Shown here piece by piece: positions 26,119 through 35,655 of a DNA stretch of 64,000 bases. Both the position numbers and the translations under genes were made by a program. The notes below the pieces were generated by a model, which was not told where the DNA came from, did no database searches, and saw nothing but the letters and a program-made list of their open reading frames with translations. The stretch is from a virus. Lineage: Duplodnaviria > Caudoviricetes. Within the stretch, counting starts at the first letter, position 1, and every line of letters starts with the position of its first letter. The stretch is taken from positions 1 to 64,000 of the IMG/VR virus record IMGVR_UViG_3300037067_001795. One strand, written 5' to 3'.

Positions 26119-27240
26119 CTAGTGATCCTGTTCACGGAGGAAGGCATCGTTGATCATACGTTCGCAGCTAGCGGCACAACGCGGACAACCGTCTGCCGTA
26201 TGGGGCCACGCATTAACGTAGCGACGCCACGCTGACGAGAAGGACTCGGTTTGTAGGTCACCGTAAGCGAGGTGGTCATACTGACGGAAGCTGATGCCTT
26301 GACAGGGGAACAGCTTGCCCGTGGCTGCTACTGCGGCGAATAGGAGGCCGTTGTAGCAGAGCGAACCGTTGTAGGAACTGGCCTCTACGTCACGGAAGCT
26401 GATGCGTGATGGGTCGAACCGTGCTGCCTTGGTTGCTGCCTTGATACTACGTTCAGCAGTGATGGCGTCTACATACACGTTAGTAAGAAACCATCTGCGG
26501 TAGGCTTCCGGAGCACTGGAGGGCATGTAGTCTGTCGTGAAGCGTATGCTCACGGTGTCAGGCAGGCACTGCATCCACTGAAGCAGATGGGTCAACTGTG
26601 CAGAGGTGCCGTTGATACGAGTGACGCGGCAGTTGAGGCGGATGGTCAGGGGGGCATTGCACTCGGATGCCAGTTCACATAATGAGATGATGTTGCCTTC
26701 TTCAGCCTTGATGCCCGGATTCAGGCCCCACACGGGACGACACAGATCTACGTACGTGAGCAGATCGTGCGTACACTTGGAGATGGTCACGTAGGAGCCG
26801 CTTGTAGGTGAGGCGAGGGCTGCTGCCACGATAGCTTGGCGTACGGCTGGCGTTAGGCCAAGACCGTAGGTGTGCAGCTTGACGCCCCAGTGTGGCCCGC
26901 CTTCCTGAAGAAAATGGCAGAGCAGGTCAGCGTTCGTAGACGGGTCGCTGTAAGTACCCGACAGCACTACGGAAGGAACCTGCATCTCTATGAGGTCGTC
27001 TATGAGGCTGTCGTAGTGCTGTCGGGTGAGGGATCCGTATTCACGGTGGAATTGGCCATGGCAGTCCACACAACGCTGTAAACACACGGGCGAGCCTAGT
27101 AGAGCAGGATGCACTTCCACTTGGTAGGGCCTACACGGTGGCGGGCCATTGCCGCGCACGTAGGCAGACACGGCGTCCCAGTAGCCTCGGCTCCGTTGCT
27201 TGAACTCGCTGGCGTAGTCGTTGTGTTGATAGGCTGTCAT
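26119..27240 (-). CDS. radical SAM enzyme with a SPASM-like tail
   Basis: CLQRCVDC (CxxxCxxC); C-terminal LFPC...YGDLQTESFSSAW...CPRC. Confidence 0.85.
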   Translation of the reverse strand: MTAYQHNDYASEFKQRSRGYWDAVSAYVRGNGPPPCRPYQVEVHPALLGSPVCLQRCVDCHGQFHREYGSLTRQHYDSLIDDLIEMQVPSVVLSGTYSDPSTNADLLCHFLQEGGPHWGVKLHTYGLGLTPAVRQAIVAAALASPTSGSYVTISKCTHDLLTYVDLCRPVWGLNPGIKAEEGNIISLCELASECNAPLTIRLNCRVTRINGTSAQLTHLLQWMQCLPDTVSIRFTTDYMPSSAPEAYRRWFLTNVYVDAITAERSIKAATKAARFDPSRISFRDVEASSYNGSLCYNGLLFAAVAATGKLFPCQGISFRQYDHLAYGDLQTESFSSAWRRYVNAWPHTADGCPRCAASCERMINDAFLREQDH

Positions 27241-27254
27241 GGCTGCTCCTTCAG

Positions 27255-27872
27255 TCAAGTCTGTTTTCTTCTAAAGATTACATCGCGGCGGTATCTGTCT
27301 TTCTTTGGGCTTAGAAACTCACAATTCCACTCCTTGACTACTTCAAAGCCCAGAGGATCTAAGTAATCCTTGAATCTGTTGAGCTCAGCCTCCATCCCAA
27401 GTTCAGCCGTTTCGATGATCTCGATGTTCATGAGCCGAATACTTCCCCCTTGCAACAAATCTCTTCCGCCGACTAGGGCTGGCATCTCACTCCCTTCGAT
27501 ATCCATCCACAAAATCGCATCCTGAAACGGTCCGAAGTAACAGTTCAGCCATTCTAGAGTCACAACTGGAACTAGATAAGCTGACCCAGGCATGTCAACC
27601 AGTTTTCCCTGACCGATTACGGACAGCCGCATTCCAGACATTTCTACGGCTTGTCCGATGGCCATAGGCAACAGCATTCCAGGGAATTGTTCCTGGACCT
27701 GATATTGGAATCCCCCTTGATGGGGCTCCAATCCTATGATAGGAACTGATGGGTAGACTTCATGAAAGATTTGCCCTTCATTGCCATTAGCCGGTCCTGC
27801 CAAAATGAAATGGCTCGGTTGAAAGTTGATGTGAGGAAACAGATTCCTAACCTGTCCAGGTTCATAGATCAT
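27255..27872 (-). CDS. FkbM-like methyltransferase
   Basis: IGLEP, VVTLEWL, ILWMDIEGSE. Confidence 0.7.
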   Translation of the reverse strand: MIYEPGQVRNLFPHINFQPSHFILAGPANGNEGQIFHEVYPSVPIIGLEPHQGGFQYQVQEQFPGMLLPMAIGQAVEMSGMRLSVIGQGKLVDMPGSAYLVPVVTLEWLNCYFGPFQDAILWMDIEGSEMPALVGGRDLLQGGSIRLMNIEIIETAELGMEAELNRFKDYLDPLGFEVVKEWNCEFLSPKKDRYRRDVIFRRKQT

Positions 27873-27893
27873 TTGACATTTACTTTCTAATTG

Positions 27894-28697
27894 CTAGACG
27901 TAGCCCATCAAGTTTCTCTTCTTCCAGTAGCCGAGATCTTCTGGGTTTGCATACAAACGAGCCCTCCATTCTCTCTGCCCCCCAATCCCGACAAAAGCAT
28001 CCCAGATACTGCCACAATCAAGAAAAGTACAATCAGGCATTTCTTTCCAGAGTTCGGATATGATTAGAGCTGCGCTGAGGCCAGCACAAACGACAAAGAC
28101 CGTGCAAGGGGCGTAGTTCTGCTTGGATTCCTGCACTACTCGGCTAATCCCTGCAGAATCTAAGTGAAAGTTAGGACCGTGGATCTCAATAAATCCTGCA
28201 TAGTTAAGGAAGTCTAACCCGCGCAGTGCCGAGTTCCCAATAATGATCGTTCTTTGATTCTGTAGGCAACTGATCAAAGGATACAATCCCCCGCGCTCCG
28301 CCAGATGATCAGTCACAATATCTCTCTCGTAGAAAGGGAGCCTGTAATCTATTTCGCTTACGAACTCCTCAATTCTTCTGGGGATCCCTGCATTATAGAA
28401 GTCTGCTAAATCCCACATGCAAGAAGGAACAGCGACAAGAAAATCAGGATCCTTCCGATAGTCCTCAAGAACCCTTCGCAGCTTCTGCCCTGTTTCTGCA
28501 GTCATTAGTTGTCCAAGCCCGGTCTTCTTGCCTAGATCGTGCGACAGAATGCAAAACCACTCTGCGTCAGAGAATCCCGGGAATGCAAATGAAATTCCAT
28601 TGTTGATCCTCTCAATATAGTAATCGATAGTTCGAATTTCAAATTGCATTGAATGCCTCCGGTATAGGGCCTCTGTATTCTTGTACTCTTGCCCCAC
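27894..28697 (-). CDS. GT-D-fold-like glycosyltransferase
   Basis: ISFAFPGFSDAEW and VCAGLSAALII...LDCGSIWDAF. Confidence 0.55.
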   Translation of the reverse strand: MGQEYKNTEALYRRHSMQFEIRTIDYYIERINNGISFAFPGFSDAEWFCILSHDLGKKTGLGQLMTAETGQKLRRVLEDYRKDPDFLVAVPSCMWDLADFYNAGIPRRIEEFVSEIDYRLPFYERDIVTDHLAERGGLYPLISCLQNQRTIIIGNSALRGLDFLNYAGFIEIHGPNFHLDSAGISRVVQESKQNYAPCTVFVVCAGLSAALIISELWKEMPDCTFLDCGSIWDAFVGIGGQREWRARLYANPEDLGYWKKRNLMGYV

Positions 28698-29478
28698 GAG
28701 GTAGATTCATACCGGGACTCCAGGTACGAAACATGTCACGAGAGTCGACGTACCATTGGCGACCGTCAACGACTCCCTCCCCACGGTTGATGTAGTAGGT
28801 ATGCTTAGCTTCTCGCATCGCAGGATTGGAAGCGAACGCCATATGAATACAATGTGGCTTATTGAAGGTAGCCATAGCACCACGTTCATTGCCGACTTCA
28901 GGTCGCTGATGATTTGTACTGTAGCGTAGGTCCTTGTTCCAGCGGATACCCTTTGTGTGTCTCATATCCCAGAAACCCCCAGTGACCTCATATTGGAATA
29001 GGGGAGCATAGTCAATGCTCTGCGGATGCCAGATATGTGTAAACTGAAAGCAGAAGTGACGATATTTGCCGCCACTAACCCGCAATCGTTGGTTGATTGC
29101 AGATTGGTCAGATCGCATGTAGAACTCATCAGCGTCAAGGATCATCAGAAACTCAGGTGCAACGTCCAGGAGTGCGTCAAGGTACTGCTGTCGAGCCTCT
29201 ATCTTGCCCAGTGCTGGGTTACTGTTGGAACAGAAGCCATAGGGTATGTAGATAATCCTAGGGTCACAGAAGGCTAGGTCTTGTAGGAATTGTGAGGTAC
29301 CGTCCACACTGAGGCCCTCGGTAGTTACCATGTGTGGTGATGTGGCAGCATAGACACGGTCTGCAGATTCCACGAAGATCCACTTGGTCAGATTGGGCCA
29401 ATCCTTGTGCTGCTCGTACAGTTTGGGCAGCCACTCCATCTCGTTGAGTACGAGGGTGCATAGAGCTATGCTAGGCAT
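28639..29478 (-). CDS. glycosyltransferase family 2 (GT-A)
   Basis: LCTLVLNE..WL and ILDADEF (DxD). Confidence 0.8.
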   Translation of the reverse strand: MPSIALCTLVLNEMEWLPKLYEQHKDWPNLTKWIFVESADRVYAATSPHMVTTEGLSVDGTSQFLQDLAFCDPRIIYIPYGFCSNSNPALGKIEARQQYLDALLDVAPEFLMILDADEFYMRSDQSAINQRLRVSGGKYRHFCFQFTHIWHPQSIDYAPLFQYEVTGGFWDMRHTKGIRWNKDLRYSTNHQRPEVGNERGAMATFNKPHCIHMAFASNPAMREAKHTYYINRGEGVVDGRQWYVDSRDMFRTWSPGMNLPRGARVQEYRGPIPEAFNAI

Positions 29479-30461
29479 TCAAGCGTTTCCTGGTAGATGG
29501 GCTTGAGGGCTTCCCACGAGTGAGCCTGAGCCCACTGGCGTCCCTGTAGTGAGAAGGAGGTTATGTCACGACCGTACCATGCGTCTATAGATTCTGCTAT
29601 GGCACGTGGGTCTACGATAGCACGGTCAAACTCCACGGCCTGTGAGTCACAGACGTAGTGGTTCACGGGCAGCAACGGCTCGCACGGTAGCCACGTGTTA
29701 GTGGGGTAGCGGTCAGTGGTCATGACGAGCATGCCGCTCGCGTAGGCCTCCTGAAGCGGAAGGCTCATACCGTTGTATTGCTCTGCATTGATGAACACAT
29801 CACACTCAGCAGGGTAGAGGTGGTCGTCGTCAAACTCACCGAACTGGAACTCTACGCGAGGGTTGCCCTTCTCGGCGTCAAACAACTCGCGGATACGCTT
29901 CTCACCCGGTTGGCCACGCACGATCAGCTTGATGGGTGATTGAACATATTGCATGGCTTCTACGAGCTGAGGTGTTCCCTTAGCAAAGCCTCGTTGACCG
30001 TGGCCTGCATTATGGATGAATGTGTGGGCCTTCTCGCGCAGTCGCCACGGAAAGCGATCTACCTCCACGGGCATCGTCAAGAACTTGGTGTTGTAGAGGC
30101 TCTTGTAGTAATCCACATCCAGCAATGAGCCGCATAACACGAGGTCGGGCTTGACGGGTATGGGGAACGGTGTGTACTCGTAGTTTGGTATCATGACGAC
30201 CTTGGTGCCCTGTACACGCGATCGCTTGGGTATGTCCCACACGAAGGCGTTCTCAAAGAGTATGAGTACGTCTAGGCCCTGTAGGAACGCCTTGTACTTC
30301 TCACGTGGGAACCTGCGGTCAGCAGGATACCAACTGCTGTAGTTCTGGTAGTGAGGGTGTCGGATGATGAGGACACGGTTGACCAAGCCAGCCTGATAGA
30401 AGGATCGCATAAGGTGCCCTAGACCGCTGTGTACCTCGTAGCCGATCGCACCAACGTTCAT
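29466..30461 (-). CDS. glycosyltransferase family 4 (GT-B)
   Basis: SGLGH N-terminal loop; EQYNGMSLPLQEAYASGMLVMTTD. Confidence 0.85.
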   Translation of the reverse strand: MNVGAIGYEVHSGLGHLMRSFYQAGLVNRVLIIRHPHYQNYSSWYPADRRFPREKYKAFLQGLDVLILFENAFVWDIPKRSRVQGTKVVMIPNYEYTPFPIPVKPDLVLCGSLLDVDYYKSLYNTKFLTMPVEVDRFPWRLREKAHTFIHNAGHGQRGFAKGTPQLVEAMQYVQSPIKLIVRGQPGEKRIRELFDAEKGNPRVEFQFGEFDDDHLYPAECDVFINAEQYNGMSLPLQEAYASGMLVMTTDRYPTNTWLPCEPLLPVNHYVCDSQAVEFDRAIVDPRAIAESIDAWYGRDITSFSLQGRQWAQAHSWEALKPIYQETLECLA

Positions 30462-30462
30462 G

Positions 30463-31374
30463 TTAGAGCCCTCTGTGCTTGTTAATGACCAGCTCTACGA
30501 GGAGCGCCGTGTCAATCCTACTTACTTTACGGAGTGTGTCTGTGAGTTGGCCAATGTCCCCGACCAACGGCGCAGGCTGCGCACCGACCCCAGTCGTATT
30601 GATGGGCAGGTCTGTCTTGAGTATGTCCGCTGCCATCTGCACTAGCTTGCGAGGCGTCATGGGCTTGCCAGTACAGACTTGCACGTCACACGGTGGAGCC
30701 TCTTCCAGTAGGTTGACGGCGTCTACCATGTAGTCGTAGGCGTAGCCTAGGTCTAGGAAGGCTCCTGGATAACGGAGTGAGATGTGCTGCTGCTTGCCGC
30801 TTGCTACGGCTAGGGCCTGCTCGCACACTTCCTGGAGGAGATAGCCAGAGCTGCGTCGCGGTGAGTCGTGGTTAAACATGATGCCACACGTGATCCGCAG
30901 TCCGTGGACTGCGCGGTAGTGCGTGCAAATCAAGTAGGCCGCATACTTGGCGATCGCGTAGGGGCTCTTAGGTGCGATCGCGTAGCTGCTGTTCTCATAC
31001 ATGCTGCTGGAACATGGCTGGAACACCTTGATCCTGTCATCTACGTGCCGCACAGCCTCCAGCAAGTTGATCACGCCCTTGGTCGTAACGTCAAAGGCGT
31101 AGGACGGTAATGTGTAGCTCCATCGTATGTCGTCCTGGTCTGCTTCGTTGAAGATGAGTGACGGTTGCACATCGTCGATAATCCGCAGCAGCGAGTTAGG
31201 CTCCGTCAGGTCGCCTTGGTGGGGGTGTACACTGCCAAGGCAGTGCTCGATCCGCTGGAGGTTGTTCACACTGCTGCGACGGTAGAGGCCGTGCACCTCG
31301 TAGCCCTTGGCTAGCAGTATGTCTGCTAAGTAGCTGCCGTCCTGCCCACCGATACCTAAGATGAGTGCCCTCAC
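30463..31374 (-). CDS. gmd: GDP-mannose 4,6-dehydratase
   Basis: ALILGIGGQDGSYLADILLAKGYEVHG, SPYAIAK, FNHDSPRR. Confidence 0.9.
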   Translation of the reverse strand: MRALILGIGGQDGSYLADILLAKGYEVHGLYRRSSVNNLQRIEHCLGSVHPHQGDLTEPNSLLRIIDDVQPSLIFNEADQDDIRWSYTLPSYAFDVTTKGVINLLEAVRHVDDRIKVFQPCSSSMYENSSYAIAPKSPYAIAKYAAYLICTHYRAVHGLRITCGIMFNHDSPRRSSGYLLQEVCEQALAVASGKQQHISLRYPGAFLDLGYAYDYMVDAVNLLEEAPPCDVQVCTGKPMTPRKLVQMAADILKTDLPINTTGVGAQPAPLVGDIGQLTDTLRKVSRIDTALLVELVINKHRGL

Positions 31375-32648
31375 AGAATGTACTCCTTTCTGAGAAGTGG
31401 ATGCAATCCACCTTCATAGCCGATTACGTAAGGTCGTGGTAGAGGGACAATGAACTTGCCACCATGTTGGATCTGCCATGCCTTCTCGCGTTCTAAGAAC
31501 TCGCTGATAAAGGCATAGGGCAAGACTAGGAAGTAGTCAGGCTTCTGCTTGCGAGCCTCCTCTTCGCTGTAGATGGGAATACCCGTGCCTACCGTGACGC
31601 GACCCCACTTCTCTGGTGACCGTTCTGCTGCACCTTCAATCATAGATGAGTTGAGGTGGTAATACTGTAGGATTACGTTGCCCTTGGTGGAAGCGCCATA
31701 CACCCAGACGCGTTTACCCTGGGTCAATGCACGGCGCACAAATCTAACAACACGATCCTTATTCAGCTCTAGTCTAAGGTGAAAGTCACGATAGAACTCT
31801 GGATTGTTCAAGGATGACTCCGCCTTGAGGGCTTGCTCTACGCGCAGGTGTGCACCTCGCTTTGGCGCAACAGACAAGACGCCACGGTGGCGACAGTAGA
31901 GCCGGTAGCTCTGGCCGTTGACGGTGTTGGTTTCTACGTCGATGATTTCCAGTCCGTGCTTCCTGAAAAGAAATTGCAGGCTCCTGAGAGAATAGAACTC
32001 CAAGTGCTCATGGGCGAAGTTGCCCACATCGCCGAGCTCCACCATGTTTTGCAGGCACATGAGCTGAGCCACAAACAAGCCGTCGTCGGCAAGGTTCTCA
32101 GCGATAGCGGCGATGAATGGGTTCGGGTCCTCCAGGTCATAGAACATGCCGATGGCCGTGATCGCCTTGGCTGGCTTGCACTTGTAGACGGCAGAGGGCC
32201 AGAAGTCGCTGATGAAGGTGTGCACGCCCTTTGCACCCTCTTCAGCCAGATTGGTAGCAGGCTCGACACCCACAGTGTGAAGACCTGGGACGGAGTAGGA
32301 TCGTAAGAGCGTTCCGTCGTTGCTGCCGATGTCCAGCACTACGTCACCAGCACGTAGGTCTACGAGGCCTTCGATGGTCGCTGTGATGTCCCGTAGGGCT
32401 ACTCTCATGGTGTCAGTGACGCCGCTACGGTACCAGTAGTGCCGCGTGTAGAGCAGGTCTTGTGGTGCTGTGTGCCGTAGCTGAACCATCGTGCAGTCGT
32501 TGCACAGGTCTAGGGTGATCGGTACTCGCGGGGCCTTGTACACATCAGCAGGCAACGGAAAGTCGTTGACGTACTGGCTGCCCAGCGAGAACAGAGGGGT
32601 CAGATTGTTAGAGTAGCAGGCACGACAGGTAGAACGCTCCGAGATCAT
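31371..32648 (-). CDS. NDP-sugar C-methyltransferase
   Basis: CRAC...C Zn motif, VLDIGSNDG, HEHLEFY, YGASTKGN. Confidence 0.9.
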   Translation of the reverse strand: MISERSTCRACYSNNLTPLFSLGSQYVNDFPLPADVYKAPRVPITLDLCNDCTMVQLRHTAPQDLLYTRHYWYRSGVTDTMRVALRDITATIEGLVDLRAGDVVLDIGSNDGTLLRSYSVPGLHTVGVEPATNLAEEGAKGVHTFISDFWPSAVYKCKPAKAITAIGMFYDLEDPNPFIAAIAENLADDGLFVAQLMCLQNMVELGDVGNFAHEHLEFYSLRSLQFLFRKHGLEIIDVETNTVNGQSYRLYCRHRGVLSVAPKRGAHLRVEQALKAESSLNNPEFYRDFHLRLELNKDRVVRFVRRALTQGKRVWVYGASTKGNVILQYYHLNSSMIEGAAERSPEKWGRVTVGTGIPIYSEEEARKQKPDYFLVLPYAFISEFLEREKAWQIQHGGKFIVPLPRPYVIGYEGGLHPLLRKEYIL

Positions 32649-33349
32649 TTCAGTAGCTCCAAGGCGTCAAAGTTTACTCCAGGAAAGTGTTCAGTAGGAT
32701 TTTGCCAGACGTGACTATTGTTGTCCAGGGTGCTTTGCATGGTACCGATATGCTGCACCAAGGATGGATTGTGAACGTACTCGTGGATGCCAAACGCCTT
32801 CAAGCCAGACACGATGCCGCCGTCTAGGGCCTTCCAGGACCGCTTATTGTTTGCTGATGCAGGCTTGCGGATCATGTGCCCGCTCTCCATCAACTTCTGA
32901 GCTACGTCACGGTTGAATACTAGGCCCAGTGCGCCTAGCCCACGCTGATTGGAACGGTTCCATCCCGCCTTGCCCTTCGTGAATGCAAAGTTCTCATGGA
33001 AGGTATACAGATTGAGGTAACCGTCCCTTGGGTAGGGTGATTGGCTCAGGTACTCACGCAGGTTGCTGACACAGACTACATCGTCCTGAAACATAGCATA
33101 GCGGTCAGCCAGTGGGTTGCGCACGTACAGCTCCGCTAAGCCCAGCATGAAATTACCAACGATGCGTAGGGGCGGTGTGGGGCGACACGTGACCGGTCGT
33201 TGGAAGGCGTCGTAGTCGCTAGGGTTATCACATCCGTCGACGAACAGGCGTGGCTCACCGAACCCAGCATCGCAGAGCGAGTGCAGCGTCTTGGGTAGTG
33301 TGGTGTCCTTGCGGGAAGGCACCGTGGTCACACCATAGGCCCACTTCAT
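32645..33349 (-). CDS. GT-A-like glycosyltransferase
   Basis: GVTTVPSR, MFQDDVV, PSLVQHIG. Confidence 0.7.
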   Translation of the reverse strand: MKWAYGVTTVPSRKDTTLPKTLHSLCDAGFGEPRLFVDGCDNPSDYDAFQRPVTCRPTPPLRIVGNFMLGLAELYVRNPLADRYAMFQDDVVCVSNLREYLSQSPYPRDGYLNLYTFHENFAFTKGKAGWNRSNQRGLGALGLVFNRDVAQKLMESGHMIRKPASANNKRSWKALDGGIVSGLKAFGIHEYVHNPSLVQHIGTMQSTLDNNSHVWQNPTEHFPGVNFDALELLK

Positions 33350-34035
33350 GACTTGAAAATCTCCTCTACCTTGGCGGCAGCCTCTTCCGGCGGAGTCTCT
33401 CCTATGGAGCGTGCCCAGCTAAACAGGCGGTTGAGACGCTCCTTACGTTCAGCACAGCCACACGGGCGACCCAGCCACGCGTCTACACGGTCATGGGTGA
33501 TGCCTACCTTGGATAGGGCTGCCTCCAGTACGTCGCCTAGGCCCCTTGACTTTGCTGCCTTGGCCTGCGTTATTATGGGGGGTAGCTTTGTCATCTGTTC
33601 TCTGTGGGAGGGTCGGCGCATTGCATGGTCTTTCATGGAAACACGTGGATTCCAGTGCGGACAAGTCCACTCCGCATCGTTCAGCCGCTCCGCCCATTTC
33701 CCGACCCAGGTGCACTTTCCGCCGCCCACCCCCGTGCACCGAATTGATTCCTCGACCGGCAGCATCATCCCGCACTTTGCGTCGCGGCATCGCTGGAGAC
33801 GGTCAATGCCTGCGGTAGTGAGGCGTCCAAGCACCGGGGAGAATGGACACGCCTGAGTAGGCGTCAGTAATCGCACACCGTTATTGCATGAGCAATAAAT
33901 CGGGAGAATTTTAGGGCGTATTATGAATCCCAGATTTACACACCGATACTCGTTGGGGCCGATTTGTTCTATGCATGGTGAATTCACGCAACAACCCCCG
34001 TAACTTCTACGCTCTCTGGGGCGTAATCGCGACAT
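33346..34035 (-). CDS. Cys-rich protein, probably tail-associated
   Basis: Many Cys pairs; GLGDVLEAAL...PCGCAERKERLN. Confidence 0.6.
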   Translation of the reverse strand: MSRLRPRERRSYGGCCVNSPCIEQIGPNEYRCVNLGFIIRPKILPIYCSCNNGVRLLTPTQACPFSPVLGRLTTAGIDRLQRCRDAKCGMMLPVEESIRCTGVGGGKCTWVGKWAERLNDAEWTCPHWNPRVSMKDHAMRRPSHREQMTKLPPIITQAKAAKSRGLGDVLEAALSKVGITHDRVDAWLGRPCGCAERKERLNRLFSWARSIGETPPEEAAAKVEEIFKS

Positions 34036-34580
34036 TCGATATCACTGTTGGCATATTTCCACAATGCCAGCGAGACCTCAAAGCCGCCACAAGCGATATA
34101 GTCACCGTTTGCGCCGAGTGGTATAGTGGTTTTATACCATACGTGCGAATAGTTAGATGTAGGTTTTACGATAAGCTCCACGTCGCCGCGAACATACGAG
34201 TCTCCTCCAACAGTGGTGTTTGTGCACCAGACCCGCAACGTAAAAGCTACATTATTGCCGTTGTAACTCCCGTTGTATCCTCCCTGGCAGTACGTATCTG
34301 GTGATTCGCCGATTATGTACGCCGAACTCGGCTGATCGCGCAAGAGATATGTTCCTGCCGCCGGCCCGCAAAACGCGTCACTGAACCCAGGCCATGCCAG
34401 CGATACCCAAATATCGACATCGCAACAATAACATTCCGTACCGCCCGTAGCTTCGTTGCAGCAGCACGGCACCTGTCCCCACTTCTGAATATACCGTCTC
34501 GTCGGCAGCACTGGCCGCCTCGGCACAATCACCCCACCAGGCGTGCGTTCCCACAACTCATCTCGTCGAGGCCGTCTCAT
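33984..34580 (-). CDS. Cys-rich minor tail protein
   Basis: PCCC...CYCC; position after the tail-tip genes. Confidence 0.55.
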   Translation of the reverse strand: MRRPRRDELWERTPGGVIVPRRPVLPTRRYIQKWGQVPCCCNEATGGTECYCCDVDIWVSLAWPGFSDAFCGPAAGTYLLRDQPSSAYIIGESPDTYCQGGYNGSYNGNNVAFTLRVWCTNTTVGGDSYVRGDVELIVKPTSNYSHVWYKTTIPLGANGDYIACGGFEVSLALWKYANSDIECRDYAPESVEVTGVVA

Positions 34581-35239
34581 TAAGTAGCCGTTCCTGTTTG
34601 GTTTGTTTCACACGCAAACGGCAGTAGAAACACATATTCATCCGCCGCGAGGGACACGTCTGGGTCTTTGATGATGCGGCACGTGACTCCGTTCGCGATC
34701 ATCTTGCCGGTCGTTATTGACGTTGGAATATCAAATACAGTGATGATTTCGCCGTTTTCGTTTTTGGCAGGTCCGATCAACAGAATCGCCGAAGCCGAAT
34801 CGCCCGGCAAAAGATTCTCTGTCAATTCGCACGTGAAGATCTGGAGGCCACTAAGAGCCAACCAATGACCAAACTTATCCCTTAGGACGGGAAAGAACTG
34901 TTCTAGGCACTGATTGCTCACGTTGTAGACATGCTTGAAGCACTCGTCCTGGTTGTCTCCGCCGCACAGGGGGCGTAGCTCTGGCTCATTTACAACGTCC
35001 TCAACGATGCGGTAGATATTGCACTTGGCCTTTCCTGGACGATAGTACAAATCACCGTCAGCCTTGGTAATCCCGGGTAGAACACCGACCTGGGGATGAG
35101 CAACGTAAACTTCAGGGGCTTGATGTTCATCAATCTCCTGCCTCCGCATAGGCTGCTTAGCTGTGCTGCGGTAGTCACGAAGCACACGGCTGAGGACTTC
35201 AACATCGTTCTCTGTGAGGTAGAATGCTTTGTTGGCCAT
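34580..35239 (-). CDS. minor tail protein
   Basis: Synteny in the tail operon. Confidence 0.6.
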   Translation of the reverse strand: MANKAFYLTENDVEVLSRVLRDYRSTAKQPMRRQEIDEHQAPEVYVAHPQVGVLPGITKADGDLYYRPGKAKCNIYRIVEDVVNEPELRPLCGGDNQDECFKHVYNVSNQCLEQFFPVLRDKFGHWLALSGLQIFTCELTENLLPGDSASAILLIGPAKNENGEIITVFDIPTSITTGKMIANGVTCRIIKDPDVSLAADEYVFLLPFACETNQTGTAT

Positions 35240-35242
35240 GGA

Positions 35243-35626
35243 TCACCTAGGAATGGCAGTGAGAGTGTATTGACCAATGCCTTCCTGGCGACGAATTCGG
35301 AGCCGTGTAGCATCGGGCACGGTAAGGCGTTGAGTTTCACTGGGAAGAACGAGCAGTCGATCCATAACAGCTCCACCAAGGAACATGATCTCAATGGTGC
35401 CTTCCTTGGCGTCATTGCAAATAAAGATCATGCTGGGGTCTTTGACCCAGCCCGTGTCGAGAGGCTCCCATTCAGTGCTGAGACCCTTGGGAGACTTGCG
35501 GGTGTAGACTTGCTCTGTCTCAGTGACTTCTCTGGTGAAGACTGAGTCAATAGCAGTAGGATCGTGGCCCGCTACCTGATGGTAGACATGCTCAACGACC
35601 GTGATACGATTGGTTGTGTTTGGCAT
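35243..35626 (-). CDS. minor tail protein
   Basis: Synteny; beta-rich 127 aa. Confidence 0.6.
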   Translation of the reverse strand: MPNTTNRITVVEHVYHQVAGHDPTAIDSVFTREVTETEQVYTRKSPKGLSTEWEPLDTGWVKDPSMIFICNDAKEGTIEIMFLGGAVMDRLLVLPSETQRLTVPDATRLRIRRQEGIGQYTLTAIPR

Positions 35627-35655
35627 AGATTGCTCCTTCTATTGCCAGGACAGTG

